NCBI GenBank assembly: GCA_001778595.1 | Contig: MFHL01000004.1 | Coordinates: 9,235-48,598 of the forward strand | Length of the DNA: 39,364 nt | Direction of reading: 5' to 3' | Source: Candidatus Giovannonibacteria bacterium RIFCSPHIGHO2_02_FULL_44_11 | GTDB lineage: Bacteria; Patescibacteriota; Minisyncoccia; UBA11713; 2-01-FULL-45-33 | In this document: one piece after another, positions 27,771 through 34,983 of the stretch | Layout: every line of letters starts with the position of its first letter | How positions within the stretch are numbered: the first letter of the stretch is position 1 | Notes under the pieces: model-generated | What the model saw: only the letters and a program-made list of their open reading frames with translations | Database searches by the model: none | Told to the model about the DNA's origin: nothing | Position numbers and translations under genes: made by a program

Positions 27771-28838
27771 TTACATAAATTCCGCATATCGTCTGATCCG
27801 CTCACCGTACGTTTTTAGAAAAAAATCTTTGTCGTAATATTTTTCTCCCCAAAAAAGCGGAACAGTAAACCCCCCAAAACTCCTTTTAAATGTGCTGATA
27901 CCCAGCTCTTTTTTGTCAGGGAAATTAAATAATGTATTGCCGTATCTCTGCCCGCCAATTTCATAAAATAAATATCCGTGGTTTTTTAACCATTGGATAA
28001 TGTGCCACTGTAATAAGTGGCCCGAAGGAACGATTTCATTGTGCTTCGCCTTACAACTCGATCCATAATAAGCGCTTTTTTTATAAATATATATATAGGC
28101 AAAACTTGTTGAGACTCCGTCTTTCTCCGCTTCGGCAAGAACAGCATAACCTTTCTTAATAAAATCCAGCATCAGATCAAAGGTCTTCTGCTGCCTTGTT
28201 ACTCTTCCTGCGTCAATTTTATGAAGTTCCTGATATTCTCTGAATTTTGTTTCTGTGATATTGTTATTATCAAATATATTTATTTTATAACATTGCATGC
28301 CTTTGTTGATCGTTTCTCTTAAACCATGGGTGAAATCTCCCCATAATTCACTTTCGATTTTTCTTAAATCAATAATTTGTGCGGCAATTGAGCTATCCAA
28401 AAAATTAAACTTGGTTAAATAATTAAAATTGTTTTTCTTATCCTCCAAAAACGCTTTATCCAAGGACGGAAACCGCATACTTAGCCTTATAACGTTTTCC
28501 GCCTTAGACAGCTCATCCAAATGATTAAAGACCAGCTTCATAATTTTAGTGTTTTCTCTGGATGAAAGCTCATTCAAAAAAGCTGGTACTTGACCATAAT
28601 CAGCGCCGTAATAAAATTCACTATTCCCATCCATTGACTGCAGAATCAATGGGCAAATGGCGACTATTTTTTGGCCGTCAGTAACAAAAAAAGACATATT
28701 CTTCGGTCCCAAGTCTGGTTTATAATTTAAAACATACTCAATCCACTCCGAGGTATGCCAAAACCAAGCTTCGTCGCTTTTTCGGCAAAACTCGTCCCAC
28801 TCCTGATATTTTTCTCTTGTTAGAGGCAGAATTTTCAT
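27771..28838 (-). CDS. FemAB/GNAT-fold acyl- or aminoacyl-transferase
   Basis: WDEF..AWFWHT, IDL..ELW, HLLQWHIIQWLK, GISTFKRSFGG. Confidence 0.75.
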   Translation of the reverse strand: MKILPLTREKYQEWDEFCRKSDEAWFWHTSEWIEYVLNYKPDLGPKNMSFFVTDGQKIVAICPLILQSMDGNSEFYYGADYGQVPAFLNELSSRENTKIMKLVFNHLDELSKAENVIRLSMRFPSLDKAFLEDKKNNFNYLTKFNFLDSSIAAQIIDLRKIESELWGDFTHGLRETINKGMQCYKINIFDNNNITETKFREYQELHKIDAGRVTRQQKTFDLMLDFIKKGYAVLAEAEKDGVSTSFAYIYIYKKSAYYGSSCKAKHNEIVPSGHLLQWHIIQWLKNHGYLFYEIGGQRYGNTLFNFPDKKELGISTFKRSFGGFTVPLFWGEKYYDKDFFLKTYGERIRRYAEFM

Positions 28839-30271
28839 TTTTTATTTTCCAACCAAAAAAGCATTAAAGACGCCACCTTGAGCGCACTCTCTTCTCTGGT
28901 CAGTTTAGAAATCTTGTCAATAAAACCTTCGATATATGCCACATCCGTCGCTTCATCAAAACTTTTAAGAAAATTTACGAGGTTTTGCTGGCTTACCTTA
29001 TATCCTCCGACAATTTTATTTAATGCCGCATTGCACGTTTTTGTATCGTTTATACGAAATACTTCAGGGCAATCCCGATACCATGGATAACCGAATATTA
29101 ATGTTGGTTTTGAACGAAGCACCGCCTCCCAGCCGGCAGTCCCTGTAACTACCGCGACCGCCTGAGATTTGCCGATAAGTTCATAAGAATTATCATTAAC
29201 GGGAACCAATTTCACATTCGGTATACTTGCGAGCCTGTTATAATAACCTTTATAACGCGCACTTGAGTAGTTTATACCCATTCTCAGCCACCATTGCGCC
29301 GGATGCTCTTTAACATAGATCAGCCAATCTTTCGGAAGAGAGAAAGATAATATTTTCACAGTTAAGATCTGATCAACAAACATGTCTCCTTGTGGACTCG
29401 TGGTGCGCTCGGGCTGGAAGCCCAAAGGAACGTAAACGAATTTTTTTGAAAGATCGGGGTTTGACTGTAAAGCTTCATATTCTTTTTTCAGATTAATCTG
29501 GAACTGCTTCACAATAAACTGGGGAACTTTCCGATAAATTGTGCCGTCTAATAGGCTCTCTTTGGTAAGTTTCAATCTGGCAAAAAACTTATTCAGCAGA
29601 GAGTATTTATTTTTCCAATAATCCATGTAAACCGGGGTTGAATCAACTTGTGGATTGGTCTGTTTAAAGTAGTATTCCTTTAGATCGTTGCTGAGGTCAG
29701 ACGGTGAAAAATTTTTTCCAGTATTTTTTGCCATAGCTTCATGCAATTTTTTGCTTCCTTCCATCCAATCTTCATAAGCCAACAACCGATCAATTACCCA
29801 TGTATCCTCGAACATAATGGTCCTTATTCCGGCCAGTTTTGCAAGTTCGTAAAGAATAAAATTATAAACGGTATGCGGAACAACAGGTATAATTATCGCA
29901 TCTGGCTTATATTTATCCAAAATTCCTTTCCAATACTGAAGCATCCCATAATATACATGCCTTCGATCATCCACGCAACGAGTATCGAATTTTTTATTCA
30001 TCATAGTCAGCACTAAAGATTCGACTTTATACATCTTTTCTATCAGGTCTTTGCCGGGAGGCGCGAATTCATTAATGTCCACTCCTTCGGCTGGATTTCC
30101 GGCCCATGCGGCATAGTGGTTATGACAAATTGTTCCTTTCATTTCCTCACGCGCATTGCCGTCCATATCTGTATAGACCCAGTACAAAATCTCATGGCCA
30201 TTTTTTTTAAACACGGATAACATTTCACGTGATTCTGAATATTTTGACGCAAAAATTAAAAAAAGTTTCAT
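28835..30271 (-). CDS. Capsule polysaccharide biosynthesis protein (KpsS-like), second copy
   Basis: VPLGFQPE, YVKEHP, TGTAGWEA, FGYPWY. Confidence 0.78.
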   Translation of the reverse strand: MKLFLIFASKYSESREMLSVFKKNGHEILYWVYTDMDGNAREEMKGTICHNHYAAWAGNPAEGVDINEFAPPGKDLIEKMYKVESLVLTMMNKKFDTRCVDDRRHVYYGMLQYWKGILDKYKPDAIIIPVVPHTVYNFILYELAKLAGIRTIMFEDTWVIDRLLAYEDWMEGSKKLHEAMAKNTGKNFSPSDLSNDLKEYYFKQTNPQVDSTPVYMDYWKNKYSLLNKFFARLKLTKESLLDGTIYRKVPQFIVKQFQINLKKEYEALQSNPDLSKKFVYVPLGFQPERTTSPQGDMFVDQILTVKILSFSLPKDWLIYVKEHPAQWWLRMGINYSSARYKGYYNRLASIPNVKLVPVNDNSYELIGKSQAVAVVTGTAGWEAVLRSKPTLIFGYPWYRDCPEVFRINDTKTCNAALNKIVGGYKVSQQNLVNFLKSFDEATDVAYIEGFIDKISKLTREESALKVASLMLFWLENKK

Positions 30272-30275
30272 AAAT

Positions 30276-32057
30276 TTATTCCCTTATATTATAAACCTTG
30301 AAAAAGTAAGATTCTTTATTTTTAAGAAGTTCTTTTGGTGAACCTGATTCGGCTATTTTGCCGTCTTTTAATGATAATATTTTATCCGAATTCATGAGCG
30401 TGGAAAGACGGTGTGCAATAACTATAACAGTTATTTTACCCTTAAGGTTTTCTATCACTTTCTGTATTTTTATTTCCGATTCATTATCCAAAGCGCTTGT
30501 AGCCTCGTCCAAAATAAGGAGCTGGGGTTTACGTGCCAAAACCCGCGCGATAATAAGCCGCTGGCGCTGCCCGCCGGAAAGCAAAACCCCTCTCTCTCCT
30601 ACAACTGTATCAAATTTTTCCGGAAGTTCCATTATAAAATCATAAATATTTGCCATTTTAACTGCCTCCGCAATTTTTTCATCCGTTATTGAGCTGTCGA
30701 AAAATCTGATGTTATTTGAAATAGTATCGTTCATCAAAAAAATATCCTGCGAAACATAGCCGATATTACGCCGCCATTCTTTCATGCTTATAGTTGAGAT
30801 ATCTTTTCCATCCAACAAAATACACCCACCCGAGGGATTCAAAAGACGCAGGATTAGATCCACGATAGTTGTTTTGCCGGCACCCGAGGGACCGATTATG
30901 CCTACAAATTCGCCTTTCCGAACCGCAAAATCCGCTCCTTTAAGGACTGACGCCCCCCCCTCATAAGCAAAATCTACGCCAGTAAACATAAGTTCATTAA
31001 TAAATATAAATAACGCAAAACCGGCATCTTCTTCTTTTTCTTTAATGGCATCTTCCTCGTGCTTCAGTAAAATTTCCACATATGGCGCCTTGGCGGTAAA
31101 ACCCAAAACATGTGTGTACACCTGCTCAATGTATGAAAAGATCTGCCTGATAAGATAAATGACGGTTGCTAAAGCCGCAATGTTGAAATCCGCAGACGTA
31201 TAATAAGAATAAGCGAACACTCCGCTAATAAATATGATGCCTAAAGGTTCAATAAGCATGCCAGTAAAAATGTTCAAAATATTCGAGCGAACATTGAGAG
31301 AGCGCAGGCCGCCGAAATAATTTGCCGCACCTTTGGCCACCTCTTCTCCCGCGCCGGAAGCCTGGATAGACTTAAGCCCGAGCATGCTTTGGTTTATCGA
31401 ATGAGCAACCTGCCTGTTTATAAGCTCTGCCTCGGATGAAAATGCACGTACGCGAGAAGTCAAAGGCCGCATTAACCCAAAAAAGACCAAAACACCGAAA
31501 ACAAAAGTCATAGCGGTTATGGGCAAAGAAATATTTACAGCCACTGCCGTATACACCAACAAATTAGAAAAAGACATTATAGCGTAGCCAATTTGTGCCA
31601 GCAGAGAGGTGGACTGGTCAACATTTACCATAAGAATTCTCTCCAGATGCCCCAGCTTTTGCTTCATAAGAAAGGGCCAGCGTGCGCGAAGAAAATTATA
31701 AAGAACCCTATTCCTGGTTTTTTCGCTATAGCGCGAGGTAATAGATGTATTAATGTATGAAAACAGGATAGAAACGGCTGCTTTTAAAATAAAAAGTAAA
31801 ATTATAAAAAGAAGCACAGACGCAATCGTAAGCTCAATTCCGGCAGCCGCGAACAATTTTTCGATATTTCTTGAAACAAAATCATCTCCCGCGTTCCCCG
31901 CTCCTATTGCCAAAGAGAATGCGGGGATTAGCGCATTCACGCCTATGCCGCCGAAAATGCCGCTCAAAACACCCAAAGCGGTCAAAACCACCATATGAAA
32001 TTTATATTCCCAAAAGCTTCTTTTAAATAAATTTAAAAAATAACTGATTTTGTTCAT
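30276..32057 (-). CDS. ABC exporter, fused TMD + ATPase (MsbA/PglK-like flippase)
   Basis: N-terminal TM helices; GPSGAGKT, LSGGQRQR, ILDEATSALD, IAHRLST. Confidence 0.92.
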   Translation of the reverse strand: MNKISYFLNLFKRSFWEYKFHMVVLTALGVLSGIFGGIGVNALIPAFSLAIGAGNAGDDFVSRNIEKLFAAAGIELTIASVLLFIILLFILKAAVSILFSYINTSITSRYSEKTRNRVLYNFLRARWPFLMKQKLGHLERILMVNVDQSTSLLAQIGYAIMSFSNLLVYTAVAVNISLPITAMTFVFGVLVFFGLMRPLTSRVRAFSSEAELINRQVAHSINQSMLGLKSIQASGAGEEVAKGAANYFGGLRSLNVRSNILNIFTGMLIEPLGIIFISGVFAYSYYTSADFNIAALATVIYLIRQIFSYIEQVYTHVLGFTAKAPYVEILLKHEEDAIKEKEEDAGFALFIFINELMFTGVDFAYEGGASVLKGADFAVRKGEFVGIIGPSGAGKTTIVDLILRLLNPSGGCILLDGKDISTISMKEWRRNIGYVSQDIFLMNDTISNNIRFFDSSITDEKIAEAVKMANIYDFIMELPEKFDTVVGERGVLLSGGQRQRLIIARVLARKPQLLILDEATSALDNESEIKIQKVIENLKGKITVIVIAHRLSTLMNSDKILSLKDGKIAESGSPKELLKNKESYFFKVYNIRE

Positions 32058-33145
32058 AAAAATTTTAAAATATTTTCGGTTCTTTTATCCCAGGTGTATT
32101 TTTTTGAATCTTCATGTGCTTGTGCGGATATTTTTTGGGCCAAAGCGGGGTCGTCCAGAACTTTTTTGATACCCTCGGCAAGAGCTTTGGGGTTTCCGGC
32201 TTCCACAAGTACGGAATTGCCTTCGTTCAGGACTTCCCTTGTACTTGGGAGATCGGAAGAGATAATTGGCCGTTTTGAGGCCATATACTCAAACATTTTC
32301 ATCGGAGACATATAGTAGGAGTAATGGGTGGTTTTGGGGAAAGGCATAAGAAGGACGTCAAAGGCTTTTTGGTAGAGGGCTACAATATCCTGCGTCTGGT
32401 GGTCCCTGAAAAAAGCCCTTCCGCTAAGCCCCATATCATCGGCGACCTTTTGATATTCCACAACATGTCTTGGCTTGCCTCCCATAGCAACAAATATCAC
32501 ATTTTGCGGTAAAAACTTCAGCGCCTCCAAAATATCAAAAAAACCTTTATCCTCCCCCATAGTCTTATAACGCCCGCAGTAGCCTATTATTTTCATGTTT
32601 TGAGGCAGACCAAGCTTTGCGCGCGCTTCCTCTTTAGAGGCGCTTATATCAAAAATTTTGAGGTCCACTCCGTCCGGAGCAACAAACATCTGCTTTTTAT
32701 CAAGTCCGTATTTTTCCAGATACATATCGGTGAGATGCTTTGTTACGCAAATATAATAATCCGCAAAAAAAGAAATTATTCTTTCGGCCAAACCGTTCAA
32801 AAAATCGTTTTCTATTATTCTGTGCACTTCGTAGGCGAATTTGGCTTTATTACCTGAAATTTTTCCGAAAATCCCCAAAAACAAAAGCAGTTTCGGTTCA
32901 CGGCAATAAATAATATCTACATTGTTTTTTTTTGCGAATTTCAAATATTTCGGCGCGAGCAGATAGCTTTTTTCTGTTTTGAAATTTAAAATTTGGAAAT
33001 TCACGCCGTCCGATTTTATATTTTCTCCTCCAAGCCAAAAATTATTTCCCATTTTTACGCCAAAAGCTTTGGACATGGCCAAAATCTGCATGCGGTTGGC
33101 AAGTCCGGACGGATAAGATATTGAAGTGGCGTAAAGCAATCTCAT
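32054..33145 (-). CDS. GT4 glycosyltransferase
   Basis: PDGVD, SPMKMFEYMASKRPII, YTWDKR. Confidence 0.92.
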   Translation of the reverse strand: MRLLYATSISYPSGLANRMQILAMSKAFGVKMGNNFWLGGENIKSDGVNFQILNFKTEKSYLLAPKYLKFAKKNNVDIIYCREPKLLLFLGIFGKISGNKAKFAYEVHRIIENDFLNGLAERIISFFADYYICVTKHLTDMYLEKYGLDKKQMFVAPDGVDLKIFDISASKEEARAKLGLPQNMKIIGYCGRYKTMGEDKGFFDILEALKFLPQNVIFVAMGGKPRHVVEYQKVADDMGLSGRAFFRDHQTQDIVALYQKAFDVLLMPFPKTTHYSYYMSPMKMFEYMASKRPIISSDLPSTREVLNEGNSVLVEAGNPKALAEGIKKVLDDPALAQKISAQAHEDSKKYTWDKRTENILKFL

Positions 33146-33149
33146 AAGA

Positions 33150-34331
33150 TTAAAAAATGAATCCTATAATTTTTGTTGCTCTCTTCTCCCAAGTATAACT
33201 CTGAACATCCTCATATGCTCTCGCCGCCAATTGTCGGCCTAAAGCAGAGTCATTCAATATTTTTTCAATTCCGGCCGCCAAAGCCTTGGGGTTCCCTGCT
33301 TCAACCAAAATGGCATTATTTTCGTTTAAAACTTCTCTGACACTGGGAAGATTTGACGCGACAATGGGGCGCTTGGAGGCCATATACTCAAACATTTTCA
33401 TCGGAGACATATAGTAGGAATAATGAGTGGTTTTGGGGAAAGGCATAAGCAGGACGTCAAAGGCTTTTTGGTAGAGGGCGAGCTTTGCGCGCGGAACTCT
33501 TTCTATAAATAGATTATTCCCTTCCGTGTAAGTTTTATTTCCTCCGACTGAAACCAAAAAAACATTCTGCCTGCTTTTCAAAATCTCTGCAACAGCCTCT
33601 GTCATATCTTCCAGTCCCTTTCCCATGCCCATAGTGTGCGTGGCGCCCGTATAACCGAGCAAAACCGCATTTTGCGGCAGACCAAGCTTTGCGCGCGCAT
33701 CTTCTTTTGAAATATTGATATCAAATATTTTCAAATCTACCCCGTCGCGAGCAACTAAGATATCAGATTCTTTAAAGCCCTGCCTGCCGGCAGGCAGGCG
33801 GCACTTTTTATAAAGCTCCGCCAAAGTGTTCGTCACGGCAATAACTTTTACGGCTTTTTTTATGAAATATTTATGCAGCCAAATTTTGCTCTGTGGCCAG
33901 CGGTGCGATTCAAAGACCGTTTTGTAGCCGCGGCGCGAAAAAAGAAATACAATTTCCGGATTACGAGAATAAATAACGGAGTCCGCGGAGGATTTTACGG
34001 TTAAAAGCTTTATAAGAAAAAAAATACTCTGAAGAATAAAACCTATTTTTCTTAAAAACAGCGGCGTCATGGCAATAAAATCAGGAGTTAAAATTTGCAT
34101 AACCTTAAAATTTCTTTCAATCCCGTAATATTCAAACAAATCTGCTTTTATTTCATTGCGTCTGGTAGGAATTATCAACTCTATTTCAATTTTATCAGCG
34201 TTATTTCCGCGTTCGTAATCAGCGTATGATCTGTGGCTTTGCGTAGCAAAGCTCTCACACATTTTGGCAACCTGATATCCGTGAGCTTTTTCCGTAGGCA
34301 TGCGGAAGTTGGCGATATAAATCAATTTCAT
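33150..34331 (-). CDS. GT4 glycosyltransferase (paralog of 32054-33145) carrying two in-frame inserts
   Basis: RMPTEKAHG, DGVD, SPMKMFEYMAS, YTWEKR. Confidence 0.92.
   Translation of the reverse strand: MKLIYIANFRMPTEKAHGYQVAKMCESFATQSHRSYADYERGNNADKIEIELIIPTRRNEIKADLFEYYGIERNFKVMQILTPDFIAMTPLFLRKIGFILQSIFFLIKLLTVKSSADSVIYSRNPEIVFLFSRRGYKTVFESHRWPQSKIWLHKYFIKKAVKVIAVTNTLAELYKKCRLPAGRQGFKESDILVARDGVDLKIFDINISKEDARAKLGLPQNAVLLGYTGATHTMGMGKGLEDMTEAVAEILKSRQNVFLVSVGGNKTYTEGNNLFIERVPRAKLALYQKAFDVLLMPFPKTTHYSYYMSPMKMFEYMASKRPIVASNLPSVREVLNENNAILVEAGNPKALAAGIEKILNDSALGRQLAARAYEDVQSYTWEKRATKIIGFIF
33779..33798. repeat. CCTGCC...GGCAGG palindromic element, in coding sequence
   Basis: Perfect 20-bp palindrome CCTGCCTGCCGGCAGGCAGG, read as RLPAGRQ. 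Confidence 0.9.
34192..34245. repeat. Degenerate short-unit repeat insert in coding sequence
   Basis: ATCAGCGTT / TTCCGCGTT / ATCAGCGTA / ATCTGTGG / TTTGCGTA units, read as TQSHRSYADYERGNNADK. Confidence 0.55.
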
Positions 34332-34332
34332 A

Positions 34333-34983
34333 TTATTTTTCCAAAATAAACACGTATCCGAGAGGATATTTTTCCTTAAGCTTCGGTCTCAGTTTAATCA
34401 GCGCAAGGTCAAAATAATAATAAAACGGCAGCGCGATTAATTTTATGAAGCGCGGAAAAGGAAAAGAAGCGTAAATATTATAACTTACAGCGCACGGACC
34501 CAGACCGACCTCTATGATTTGTATGTTTTTAAAACCAGTTTCGCCAAATATATTGCGGAGCGCTTCTTTTGTATATCTGAAATAATCCCGCGGATCCGGA
34601 TGGTAACTCATCATAAAAGGCACAAAACCCAAAACTTGCCGGCCGGGCTTCAGAACCCTTTTTATCTCGCCCGCCAAAAACCTATAGTTATAAATATGTT
34701 CAAAAAGATTAAAAACCAAAACATGGTCAATGGACCCGTCGGAATAAGGCAGCGGATCTTTCTCAAGGTCTATAGTTTTACCGATTTCATGCAGACTTTT
34801 AAAGTCAATATTGATGATTTCAGCACCTTCTTCTTTTTTTAAAAACTCAAAATAACTGGGATTCACTCCCCCGCCGATATCCAAAACTTTTCCGCGGACG
34901 GAATAGTTGGCGAGCTCCAGATTCATTAAGGTTCGCAGGAGACTTTTTTTGCGCCAAATACCTTTTGCTATTTTTAAAATCAT
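34333..34983 (-). CDS. Class I SAM-dependent methyltransferase (type 11)
   Basis: VLDIGGG, LFEHI, RVLKPG, HPDPRDYFRYT. Confidence 0.9.
   Translation of the reverse strand: MILKIAKGIWRKKSLLRTLMNLELANYSVRGKVLDIGGGVNPSYFEFLKKEEGAEIINIDFKSLHEIGKTIDLEKDPLPYSDGSIDHVLVFNLFEHIYNYRFLAGEIKRVLKPGRQVLGFVPFMMSYHPDPRDYFRYTKEALRNIFGETGFKNIQIIEVGLGPCAVSYNIYASFPFPRFIKLIALPFYYYFDLALIKLRPKLKEKYPLGYVFILEK

Noticed and set aside
30953..30960. C8 tract (G8 on the coding strand) and G7 at 5091-5097 as phase-variation sites
   Set aside because: Short, in frame and explained by Gly-Gly or Pro-Pro codons; no evidence of slippage without reads.
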